Shown here one piece after another: positions 55,660 to 64,000 of a stretch of 64,000 nt of DNA (position 1 is its first letter; the number at the start of each line of letters is the position of its first letter). The position numbers were made by a program, and so were the translations under genes. The DNA is from an uncultured virus (IMG/VR IMGVR_UViG_3300035181_002093) (Duplodnaviria > Heunggongvirae > Uroviricota > Caudoviricetes): IMG/VR virus record IMGVR_UViG_3300035181_002093, positions 1-64,000 of that record, one strand, 5' to 3'. The notes under the pieces are model-generated. The model was not told where the DNA came from. It searched no databases and saw only the letters and a program-made list of their open reading frames with translations.

Positions 55660-58600
55660 CTACACGATGATGTCGTCGTCGTCCGTTCCGCTCCCGATGA
55701 TCTGCGGCTTGTCTTCGTCCACCTTGATCTCGGGATCGCCAGGGGCTGGTGCCTTAGCGTTTCCTTCGGCATAACGGGCCCGTGTCGCGTCCAGCAAGTG
55801 CTTGATCGAGAACACGGAGATCAGGTCGATGGGTTGACAGGGGCCCATCACGTCGACGAGGCGCTCGAGCACCCGCGCACGCTTCACTTCATCGTTGCCG
55901 ATGTGATGCGGCGAACGCTCCGACACCTGCTTGAGGAACGTCGGCGTCTCGGTGCGGTACCGCGTCTGCGCCAAAAGCCCCTGCGAGGCCTCGACCCAGT
56001 TCACGACCAACCACTCCTGCTTGACGTCGAGGTAGACGCCCTTCTTCGTCTTGTTGATGTCGTCCAGCTTGTTCAAGTCGCCAAGCATGACGCGGATGGT
56101 CGTCATGCCGGACATCTGGTCCTGCGTTCCGACGGTTGCCGTTTGGATCGCCGAGCCCAGGATGGTCTCGAAGATCTGCTCGTTCTCCGACGTCGTCTTG
56201 AGCCGCGCGAGTTGTTCCCGCCGGGACTCCGCGAAGTCGTACGCGAACGTCTGGTAGTTCGGGATGGGGTTGGAACCGCCGCGCTCCTTGGCCAGTTCAT
56301 CGAGCAGCTTGAGCATGGCCATCTCAGGGAACATGGCTTCACGGAAGCGCGAAGACGCATGGGCGGGCAGCTTGTTGCCTGTCACGTACTCTTGCTCGAT
56401 CGCTGCCTGGTGTTGGCGCAGCCGCAGCATGTACGGAAGCAAGCCCACCACCATGTCGTGACGGGTCTTGCTGATCAGGTGGTCGCCGAACTTGCCTGCG
56501 AGCGCCAGGACGGGGTCCTTGTGGCTTGCGTCCTTGACCAGCTCGAACTGCACGAAGCGCGACAGCGACGCGGCGTCACGCAGCGGTCGAATCGCACAGG
56601 CCACCAACGGGAAGCGTAGGTGGTAGGTCCGGCTCTCGCCGGTCGTGGTCCCGATGGACCAGTTGACGGCGGTCTCCGAGATCAAGTCACGACACAACTC
56701 GAGCACCTTGCGCACCGCGATGGACTTCGCGTCGTTGCCGCCGTAGTCCTCGAACTCCTCGAGACACAGGGTGAGGCTCGAGTTGTTGCGTTGCTGGCGG
56801 ATAGACGCGGCCGTGTAGCCCTGCATCGTGATCGCGTGCGCCACGATGTTGATGCGTGACGAGCTTCCGCCGCCTACGAAGCCCGCGGTGAACTTGCTCT
56901 TGCCGGACTCGTGTTCGGCGTTGAGGATGACCGCGGTCTGACGTGTGAAGACGTTCATCATGGCCAAGCACATCACGTAGGCCGCCAGGAACGTGCAGTC
57001 GAGTTGCTGATAGCGGAAGGCCCACCCCGTCTCGATCATGTCCTTGACCCGCACGAACAGGTCGACCAGGTCAACCGGCGTGGTCAGGTCCTTCGCGTCT
57101 ACGACGGTCTCGATCCAGGCGGCTCCCGAGTTGTCGAAGATCACGCCTTCGTGACGCGGTCCGTCGAGGGGTGTCGCGGTGAAGTTCGCACCGTCGTGCG
57201 TGAGGCAGTACACGTCACGTCCGTTCACGAGGTACGAGCGCATGCGCGTCTCCGTAGACTCGATCATGTGAATGCCCTGGCTCTTGATCGGTGCGTGGTC
57301 CATCGAAGGTAACCCCTTTGCCATCATGAGAAACGCGAAGTTCAAGTACTCACGGTACTTCTTGGACTTCATCGAGATGTTGAACTGGGACGCCTCGGGG
57401 TCGTCGCCCACGATGAACGGCGGATCTCCCACAGTGTCCTTGATGAAGTCGTAGATCGGGCCGTACTGACGCGAGACAAGCGTCTCCGCGCTGCGCTCGT
57501 CGTTCAAGACGACGGTGTCGGTTGTCCGGCTCGCCTTGTTCCAGAGTGACAAGATACGCTTACGTCCTTCGCCGTTCTGGATGCCTACCGGATGGTAGCG
57601 GTCCAGCAATGCTGTATGCAGGCGTTTGATGAACTCTTCCTCGTTGTCGTTCTTGACCAGGATGTCGTGTCGAAGAATGACCGCGTCTAGGTTGTGGTCT
57701 TTTGCTACCGCAACACAGAACGCATTGCAGACATGTTCGTCTTTGAGATAGAGGCCCCAGCGCTTGGCCGCTTGGCTGATGGTTGAAACGTCAGTCGTTC
57801 CGCTCTTGGCAATCTCCGCAGAGAATTGGTCGTAGCACCACACATCGGTGGACTCGTACATCTTCTCGTTGGTGATGTACCGAACCCACCGCGGATACCC
57901 GATTTCTCGGATGGCGTCGTCGGGGTCTTTGATCCAGACGTCAGGACGCGTCGGGTCACGCCAATCGACGTACTCCTCGGGCCAGGTGAAAACGCGGAAG
58001 GCGAGGGCCTTCGTCTTCGTCTGATCCAGGAGACGTGCGACCAGCTTGTCGCCGCCGCCGTCACGGTCAGGGACGATCCACGCACGGCTGATGCCCATCA
58101 TCAGAAGGCGATCGACGCCTTGGGCACCGCTGCCGCTGAGACCGAGTGCGATGAAGTCATCCGACTGACGCCGGATCTGTTGTGCGATCGAACAGAGCGC
58201 GTCGAACTCTCCCTCGGAGAGGTGCCCGACGAAGCCTTTGTCGGGACCGTCCATGCCGTGGTCTTCGGAGCTGAGGTACGTGCGGTAGTAGCGCAGGCCG
58301 TAGAACCCGTGGAACCCGTCCATCTCGGCTTCGTAGGAGTCCTCGACCCAGGCTTGACTGACACAAGGCTTGGCAGGCTCGCGTAGCTTGAACCGACAGA
58401 TTGACGTCGGGGTGTCATCGTACGGGAAGACAAGGTGCCCGATATACGTCTGACCCTCGGTGTACTTGCCGAAGTAGCTGCGGAAGAACTTGTACTCCTC
58501 CGACGTCACGCCGAAGTGGTTCTCGACGTCCACGATGCGCGGGAAGATACCGATCAGTTCGCGTGAGCAAAGCGTCACCCAGACGCCGAACTGATCGAAC

Positions 58601-59172
58601 GTTCCATCCGACTGGTCCTTCTCTGCAACCAGTTCGTTGGGCGCGCTCTCGCCCAGACGCCGTGCGAGTAGGTAGTCGAGCGTGGGCTTGGTCCAGTTCA
58701 GGTGATCGGTCTCGAGCGTGCCTGCGGCATACGAGCCGAGCGCCTTGAACAACAAGGTGCTGAAGAACGTCATCAGCGCGGTCTTGTTCTTCTGGTAGAC
58801 CTCGTGGCTCTGAACCTTCTCGAACAGCTCCTTGGGAATCGACGCGGAGAGGCCCCAACGCTTCTTGGCGAAGACGAGTGCGTCGGAGACGGACGTGTTG
58901 TTGACCGCAGCGATGAGGTGGATCGGGTTGACGAAGTGCTTGTGGCAGCCGAAACACCGCGCGAGCCCTTTGAAGGGTGTAACGATGAACGATGCCGTCC
59001 CATCAGAATGGAACGGGCAACGGCCTTTGATGTGTGGCCCCGACGAATGAAAAGCCGCTTCGGGCTGTGCCTCCGCAAGCCAACTGAGCCAGTCGCTGTT
59101 CTGGACGTCGGTCCAGACCCGGTTGAGCCGCGTGAACGCGACCTTCGAATCACCCTTCGCTTTACGCGCCAC
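55660..59172 (-). CDS. Primase-helicase-like protein (CHC2 Zn finger + TOPRIM + C-terminal NTPase)
   Basis: CPFH...CFGC; EGEFDA, PDRDGGG, KDPDD; AEHESGKS and LCLEEFE. Confidence 0.8.
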   Translation of the reverse strand: MARKAKGDSKVAFTRLNRVWTDVQNSDWLSWLAEAQPEAAFHSSGPHIKGRCPFHSDGTASFIVTPFKGLARCFGCHKHFVNPIHLIAAVNNTSVSDALVFAKKRWGLSASIPKELFEKVQSHEVYQKNKTALMTFFSTLLFKALGSYAAGTLETDHLNWTKPTLDYLLARRLGESAPNELVAEKDQSDGTFDQFGVWVTLCSRELIGIFPRIVDVENHFGVTSEEYKFFRSYFGKYTEGQTYIGHLVFPYDDTPTSICRFKLREPAKPCVSQAWVEDSYEAEMDGFHGFYGLRYYRTYLSSEDHGMDGPDKGFVGHLSEGEFDALCSIAQQIRRQSDDFIALGLSGSGAQGVDRLLMMGISRAWIVPDRDGGGDKLVARLLDQTKTKALAFRVFTWPEEYVDWRDPTRPDVWIKDPDDAIREIGYPRWVRYITNEKMYESTDVWCYDQFSAEIAKSGTTDVSTISQAAKRWGLYLKDEHVCNAFCVAVAKDHNLDAVILRHDILVKNDNEEEFIKRLHTALLDRYHPVGIQNGEGRKRILSLWNKASRTTDTVVLNDERSAETLVSRQYGPIYDFIKDTVGDPPFIVGDDPEASQFNISMKSKKYREYLNFAFLMMAKGLPSMDHAPIKSQGIHMIESTETRMRSYLVNGRDVYCLTHDGANFTATPLDGPRHEGVIFDNSGAAWIETVVDAKDLTTPVDLVDLFVRVKDMIETGWAFRYQQLDCTFLAAYVMCLAMMNVFTRQTAVILNAEHESGKSKFTAGFVGGGSSSRINIVAHAITMQGYTAASIRQQRNNSSLTLCLEEFEDYGGNDAKSIAVRKVLELCRDLISETAVNWSIGTTTGESRTYHLRFPLVACAIRPLRDAASLSRFVQFELVKDASHKDPVLALAGKFGDHLISKTRHDMVVGLLPYMLRLRQHQAAIEQEYVTGNKLPAHASSRFREAMFPEMAMLKLLDELAKERGGSNPIPNYQTFAYDFAESRREQLARLKTTSENEQIFETILGSAIQTATVGTQDQMSGMTTIRVMLGDLNKLDDINKTKKGVYLDVKQEWLVVNWVEASQGLLAQTRYRTETPTFLKQVSERSPHHIGNDEVKRARVLERLVDVMGPCQPIDLISVFSIKHLLDATRARYAEGNAKAPAPGDPEIKVDEDKPQIIGSGTDDDDIIV

Positions 59173-60007
59173 CGAACTTCTCCTTGTAGGCAGGACACAC
59201 GTCCGAGTACTGACACCAACCGCACGGCCAGCCGACCTTCTTGTCGCGACGACGCCCTCCTGCGGGACGCGCCTCGAACGGCTCGGTCAGGTTGTCCGCC
59301 GCAGCGTTGATGCGACCGTACAACCAGGGCGCGTACTGCAACCGCAAACGGTCTGCAGGGATGAACGGCGTCCACTGGAGCCGGAGATCTGCCGGACCTT
59401 GTAGGAAGTTGATGCCCCCACGCACGCCGGCGATATCCGGCATGTTGGGGAGCGCGAGCACGCCATAGGCCTGAAGCTGTTGTCGCTTCTTCTGGTCACG
59501 TTCGAGGGGCTTGGCGACGCCAGACTTGTGATCGATCAAGTAGAGGTCGTTGTCGCGGGTGAGCGCCCCTAGGTCGAGCTTGCCGCGGAAGAACACATTC
59601 TCGGCAAAGAAGCCTGCGGGCTCGTACGTGTCCGTGATGCCCCAGTCGGCCTCGACGAACACCTTCGTCACGCCCTGCGTTTTGCAGAAACGATCGAAGC
59701 GCGCGAGGAACTCATCCATGCACTCGTTGAGCATGTGCAGTGACTCAACTTCGGACGAGGTCAGCGGCGTCTTGTCGACGGCGACCTTCCGTGCTTCCTC
59801 TGCCGGTTTGCCCAGGACGCGGTGCTCGAGCACAGCGTGAGCGACGATCCCGACCTTGGTGTCGGAGGGCGCGGCACTCGCGGCGGTCTTGGCAATGTGC
59901 TTGTGTCCGAACTGCGCGGGGCAGGACTCGGACGTCTCCATCTTGGAGAAGGACCAGGGGGCGTACTTGCGCGCGAGTGCAGAGATCTCGTAAGCGGCCA
60001 CATCCAC
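59162..60007 (-). CDS. PD-(D/E)XK exonuclease (RecB/Cas4-like)
   Basis: WSFSK...CP, RGKLD, IDHKSG, QLQAY, CGWCQY..VC. Confidence 0.85.
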   Translation of the reverse strand: MDVAAYEISALARKYAPWSFSKMETSESCPAQFGHKHIAKTAASAAPSDTKVGIVAHAVLEHRVLGKPAEEARKVAVDKTPLTSSEVESLHMLNECMDEFLARFDRFCKTQGVTKVFVEADWGITDTYEPAGFFAENVFFRGKLDLGALTRDNDLYLIDHKSGVAKPLERDQKKRQQLQAYGVLALPNMPDIAGVRGGINFLQGPADLRLQWTPFIPADRLRLQYAPWLYGRINAAADNLTEPFEARPAGGRRRDKKVGWPCGWCQYSDVCPAYKEKFGGA

Positions 60008-60020
60008 CCCTGTTCAGTTG

Positions 60021-60067
60021 AAAAAAAGAAGTGCCGTCTTTCCGGCTGTCAGTTGTCTCTCCAACCG
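60021..60067 (-). terminator. Tandem hairpins plus U-tract (terminator/attenuator)
   Basis: Minus strand CGGTTG-GAGAGA-CAACTG, then GCCG-GAAAGA-CGGC, then ACTTCTTTTTTT. Confidence 0.5.
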
Positions 60068-60164
60068 TCACGAATGTTCCTGGCGGCGACCAATTGCCTT
60101 GTTCCGTACGGGTGCGACCCGCATCAACTATCCAGAGGCTCTTCGTTTCCTTGGTCTCGCTGCC

Positions 60165-61205
60165 CTACATGGGCTTGTTCGACGAACGCGCCGACGATCC
60201 CTTCGTCGGCTTGGCCGTCTCGACCACCGGGCTCAGATCCGGCTCGACGCCGGCGTTGTCAGCCAGGCCTGCCTCGAGCGCACCCGCGGCGAACTGGCCC
60301 TCGGCCTCGACCGCAGCCTGCGGCGCCCGCTGCGGACGCGCGTACCAGTCCGCGAGGAACAGCTTGCGACCCGCGACGTACATCCCGTAGAGCGCCTCGG
60401 CGAGACGCATGACGTGCTCCGGGTTGTCCTTGCCGGTGGGCTCGACCTTGTAGACGTAGTAGAGGCCGAGATCGCCGGTCTTCTTCTCGGTGTTGAGCAT
60501 GTAGCTCTGCCGCCAGACAGCCGTCTGCTGGCCCGCGAGCGAGATCAGCGCCGAGCCCGCCTTGCGCGACGTCTTGCCGAACTGCGCCATGTAGACCGCG
60601 GGGTTCGCGAGATCGGCCGACATCACGATGGCCACGATGTTGTTCTGGCAGTCCGTCCGCTGCTGATCACCGCGACCGCTGTTCTGCTTGCCGAACGGCA
60701 GGTGCGGGCACTTCAGGCACTCGCCGAACGGGGAGCCGAGCTTCGCATCGGGCGCCTGGCACGCGGGGTTCTTCCCGTTCTGCGGGAAGTTGATGTTCTC
60801 CTCGAAGAAGTAGAGCGGGATGACCGGGCACGGGCGCTCGAGCAGCTGGCCCGCCGAGGTGTAGAGGTCGCCGTTCTTGGCGGCTTCCGGCTTGGCCTCC
60901 GACTGCGAGGTCGGCTGCACGATGCTGATGCGCGGCACCTTCCAGGCCGAGATCATCTCTTCCATGCCCGGCTTGTTCGGCGACGCGAGCGCGGCCAGGA
61001 TGCGGACCGCTTGACGCGCCACGTCGGGCAGCGTCGTGTCATCAGCCAGCGCGCTCAGTGCATCGCGGCGCTTGATGACCATCGCTTCCAGCTCGGCGGG
61101 ATCCTGCGCAGCGGCGAGTGCCCCCATCGAGGGCTTGGTGACCAAGGCCTTGGCCGGGATGATCTGGGTGGAGTTATCAGAGGTTCCGTTGGTGGGTTCG
61201 GTCAT
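60165..61205 (-). CDS. Putative ssDNA-binding/annealing protein
   Basis: First gene of the replication operon; PRISIVQPTS, CQAPD...CLKCP...CQN; flexible C-terminal tail. Confidence 0.5.
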   Translation of the reverse strand: MTEPTNGTSDNSTQIIPAKALVTKPSMGALAAAQDPAELEAMVIKRRDALSALADDTTLPDVARQAVRILAALASPNKPGMEEMISAWKVPRISIVQPTSQSEAKPEAAKNGDLYTSAGQLLERPCPVIPLYFFEENINFPQNGKNPACQAPDAKLGSPFGECLKCPHLPFGKQNSGRGDQQRTDCQNNIVAIVMSADLANPAVYMAQFGKTSRKAGSALISLAGQQTAVWRQSYMLNTEKKTGDLGLYYVYKVEPTGKDNPEHVMRLAEALYGMYVAGRKLFLADWYARPQRAPQAAVEAEGQFAAGALEAGLADNAGVEPDLSPVVETAKPTKGSSARSSNKPM

Positions 61206-61429
61206 GTCATGTCCTTTTGGAATGCGAGAAAGGGGAAGTCACTCTAGTGATTTCGATGTTTGTTTGGCAAGCATCGCGAACCGAAATTCGTCGCGCTAGG
61301 GCTGGGGTGTATAGGCGAACCCCACCCAAGCGTTTCTGGTGTACGTGTCGGGATCGACACCCAACGGGTAGCGTCCGATCGTGGAACTATTTGATCACAC
61401 GTGGCGCGCTTGGTAGGTTGTTCTTCAAT

Positions 61430-62221
61430 ATGGTGATTCCTCAGGCTCGGACCGCTTCGACGTACTACGCGGAAGTTGCGCGGATGCCGTTGGTGGACGA
61501 TCCCGCGGAAGAGCGCCGCCTGTTGCAACGCTGGCAACAGCGCAAGGACGTCAAGGCGCGCAACGCCATCGTGCAGACGCATCTCCGGTTCGTCGTCAAG
61601 CTGGCTCACAAACGCAGCAAGGATCCCGAGGCGGTCAAGGACTTCATCGCCGCCGGGAACCTCGGGCTTCTCAAGGCCACCGACAAGTTCGACTGGGCTC
61701 GCAAGCCGTACATCCGCTTCCTGACGTACGCCGGTTGGTGGGTCTACGAAGAGATGTCGAACCAGGACTACACAACGGCGACGCTCGTGCACGTCCCCGC
61801 CCACCGCCAGAAGGCGCAGCGCCGGAACGCACGCGAGTATCGCGCGGCAGTGCAAGAGCACGGACCGGACAACGCGGACGTGCAGGCGATGAACCCGGGA
61901 TTGTCCGAGAGCATCGTCATGCCGATCGAAGCGGCGCGCTACACGCCGGACATCTCCGACACGGAGCCGACCTCCACCTATGGGTCGGACCGCTTGCGTG
62001 CGCTCGTGCGTGAGGGCATCAGCCGCCTGCCCTCACGAGAGCAGACAGTGCTCAACCTCTTCTATGGTGTCAAAGACGACCCGCGGAACCTGGTCCAGAT
62101 CGCTTCCATCATGGGCATGTGCCCCGAGCGCGTCCGTCAGATCAAGCTCAGCGGGATGCAGCTCCTGCACAACGAGCTGAAGCAGCGTGTCGGCCTGTCG
62201 ACTGAAGACGCGTACCTCTAG
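61430..62221 (+). CDS. Sigma-70 family factor (RpoD/RpoH-like)
   Basis: ARNAIVQTHLRFVVKLA, DFIAAGNLGLLKATDKFD, RFLTYAGWWV, LPSREQTVL, ERVRQI. Confidence 0.9.
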   Translation: MVIPQARTASTYYAEVARMPLVDDPAEERRLLQRWQQRKDVKARNAIVQTHLRFVVKLAHKRSKDPEAVKDFIAAGNLGLLKATDKFDWARKPYIRFLTYAGWWVYEEMSNQDYTTATLVHVPAHRQKAQRRNAREYRAAVQEHGPDNADVQAMNPGLSESIVMPIEAARYTPDISDTEPTSTYGSDRLRALVREGISRLPSREQTVLNLFYGVKDDPRNLVQIASIMGMCPERVRQIKLSGMQLLHNELKQRVGLSTEDAYL

Positions 62222-62685
62222 AAGCCCAGGTACTTCAGCTCGTCGTAGCCGATGGTGAACTTCTTGATGTACGCCGTGCCGTCCGGTGCGTACGCCGTGA
62301 TGTCCTTCAGGTTGCGGTTGATGGCGTCGAGCTTCTCGACCTCCGCCTTCTCTGCATCGATGTAGTCCTGCTCGGTCAGCAGAAAGTTGATGACGCCGGC
62401 ACCAACGGTCACCTCTTCCTGCGAACCGCCACCGCTCGAGCGAGCGTTCGACGTGTAGGACTGGGACTCGACGCCACGCTTCTGCTGCGCCCGCATCTGG
62501 TTCTGGATGTCGAGCAGGACGGCATCCGTGACCTTGTGCTCGTCACGCATCTTCTTGATACGCAGGCCGCGCTCTTCGATCTTGTTGCGGGTCTCCATCG
62601 CCTTCTTGGTGGAGGCGGTGACGATCTCGGCAGTGGTCTTCTCGAACGTGAAGTTGAACATGTGGTCGATCCTTTTTGGAATCAC
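62218..62685 (-). CDS. Hypothetical protein
   Basis: 155-aa coiled coil ending ELKYLGF; AGGAG SD. Confidence 0.7.
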   Translation of the reverse strand: MIPKRIDHMFNFTFEKTTAEIVTASTKKAMETRNKIEERGLRIKKMRDEHKVTDAVLLDIQNQMRAQQKRGVESQSYTSNARSSGGGSQEEVTVGAGVINFLLTEQDYIDAEKAEVEKLDAINRNLKDITAYAPDGTAYIKKFTIGYDELKYLGF

Positions 62686-62693
62686 GGGAACTC

Positions 62694-63182
62694 CTATGGT
62701 TTGGTCTCACGTACTGCGGCAGCGACAGTCTCGTCGCACAGTGCTTGGATGTTGTTGAGGGTGTCAGGTCCTGGCTTGACCTCGAGCGTTTTGAAGATCG
62801 TCAGCCGACCCGCCTGGTTCAATGCGAGCCCAGAAATCGACGCGCCCATGAGGTCGACATGGAGGGCGGCTGAAACCGTCTTCTTAGAGGTACGTGCAAG
62901 CACGCGCATCATCGAGAAATCGATTGGAGAGAATCTCCAACTGTCAGGAGCCATCTGCATGAGCGTGGCCATCAGGTTGATGGGGTCGATGGGGGCTTGA
63001 CCCACCAGTGACATGATTGCTTCGGGCGTACAGATGCCGAGCTTCTTCAGCTTAGCGAGGTTCTTGAAGACCGACGGCGTCGGACGCTCGCTGAGCCGCA
63101 TCTCGAGGTCGATGGGCAGTGGCAGGTCGAACACCTCGTCGGTGTCGAACGCCGCCAACCCTTCGAGCGTCAGCTTGCTCAC
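62694..63182 (-). CDS. Hypothetical protein
   Basis: GTGA coupling; 162 aa. Confidence 0.65.
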   Translation of the reverse strand: MSKLTLEGLAAFDTDEVFDLPLPIDLEMRLSERPTPSVFKNLAKLKKLGICTPEAIMSLVGQAPIDPINLMATLMQMAPDSWRFSPIDFSMMRVLARTSKKTVSAALHVDLMGASISGLALNQAGRLTIFKTLEVKPGPDTLNNIQALCDETVAAAVRETKP

Positions 63183-63331
63183 AAGGCACGGGCCTTCTTG
63201 ATCAGCCCCAAGACGGACGCTCGCAGTGCGGGGTCTTTCCCGAATCGGTCAACGACCAACAAGGCCACCGCGGCCACTTCGAGCAATAGGAATCCGACGG
63301 CACGCATGCGTGCCGACGTTACAATGCGCAT
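63179..63331 (-). CDS. Small membrane protein
   Basis: GAGGAG upstream; hydrophobic AVGFLLLEVAAVALLVV. Confidence 0.45.
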   Translation of the reverse strand: MRIVTSARMRAVGFLLLEVAAVALLVVDRFGKDPALRASVLGLIKKARAL

Positions 63332-63335
63332 GGAG

Positions 63336-63578
63336 TTACTCCTCAGCGTGCGCGATGACGCGCGCGCGATCGATGTTGCGCAGCGATAGCGAGCGGAGGG
63401 TCCGCCCCTCCAAGATCTCGCCCACGGCGTAGTAGAACTCCGCGGCGACGTCCGCCACGGTCTTGTTGGGGTCGTTCTGCACAGCGAACCAGACGGCGCG
63501 GATGTCGCGCAGGCGTCCAGCCACGTCGTTGGCGACGCGGACGCTAACTCCGCTCCGACCTCCACGACGACGACTCAC
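63336..63578 (-). CDS. Hypothetical protein
   Basis: GTGA overlap with the HNH stop. Confidence 0.6.
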   Translation of the reverse strand: MSRRRGGRSGVSVRVANDVAGRLRDIRAVWFAVQNDPNKTVADVAAEFYYAVGEILEGRTLRSLSLRNIDRARVIAHAEE

Positions 63579-64000
63579 GTTTTTTCCTTGTGAGTTCGTT
63601 TGTTTCTGTGAGGACAGCACCCATAGCGGAATGTTGCGTAGTTACAGTTGAAACACAACACTTGAAATCCCGGAGGAAACCCCTGGTCACGAAGCCAACG
63701 ATACATTTTGTCTCCAGTACCAACTTCCTTTCGGTGAGCACTCCCTCCGCCGCCGATGTGATCGAGTGTTAAAAACTCAAGTTGAGTTTCTAAACAGCAC
63801 ACACAAACAGGACCTCCATACACGTTAAGAACTTCTGCACGTAAACGTTCACGATACGCCTTCCCGTTCCTACGGGTACGTTCCAAACACTCTTGGCAAA
63901 CCACAGACGTGCTTAGATGTTCTCGGCGTCCGCACTGGGCACATAGCCCTGCCGCACGGTATCGTGCCTGTGCCGTTGCATTTCTCAAACGTGAATCACG
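63575..64000 (-). CDS. HNH endonuclease (start may lie outside the window)
   Basis: CVCC...LTLDHIGGGG..HR...QVLCFNCN; AT-richer; frame open to the window edge. Confidence 0.8.
   Translation of the reverse strand, partial: RDSRLRNATAQARYRAAGLCAQCGRREHLSTSVVCQECLERTRRNGKAYRERLRAEVLNVYGGPVCVCCLETQLEFLTLDHIGGGGSAHRKEVGTGDKMYRWLRDQGFPPGFQVLCFNCNYATFRYGCCPHRNKRTHKEKT

Noticed and set aside
52865..55774. 969-aa + strand ORF and similar long antisense ORFs (28921-30558, 33415-34677, 47157-48818, 48809-50125)
   Set aside because: Shadow frames of real genes in GC-rich DNA; no motifs, and they lie antisense to better-supported genes
59162..60007. Cas4-like nuclease as evidence of a CRISPR system
   Set aside because: No repeat-spacer array or other cas genes seen; it sits in a replication operon, as is typical of phage exonucleases
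1..64000. Stop-codon reassignment
   Set aside because: Conserved genes are full length in code 11, and TAG, TGA and TAA all end genes at sensible positions

Overview
This is a 64-kb internal segment of a large, GC-rich (about 60-65% by eye) tailed dsDNA phage with a contractile tail; no host genes, integrase or CRISPR array are visible. It contains nucleotide metabolism genes (MazG-like, ThyX, dNMP kinase, class II RNR with ATP cone and a LAGLIDADG intein) and replication/recombination genes (family A polymerase with an N-terminal UDG-like domain, large primase-helicase, PD-(D/E)XK nuclease, SSB-like protein, RNase HII, DinG, RuvC-like, DEDDh exonuclease). A tail/baseplate module carries a chaperone with a -1 frameshift site, tape measure, M23-containing hub, gp25-like, baseplate J-like and fibre genes. 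There are also a terminase large subunit, a MoxR-AAA/VWA pair, two sigma-70 factors, two abutting tRNAs and four free-standing homing endonucleases. The most interesting observations are: a sigma factor embedded in the virion operon, two recurring promoter-like motifs, a K-x-A-enriched protein near terminase, a dispersed three-member small Zn-finger family, a stand-alone MtrA-like domain, a degenerate UDG domain on the polymerase, and several structured intergenic regions. All calls come from visual motif recognition; no searches were run. Many start codons were re-chosen from the ORF track using stop/start overlaps.
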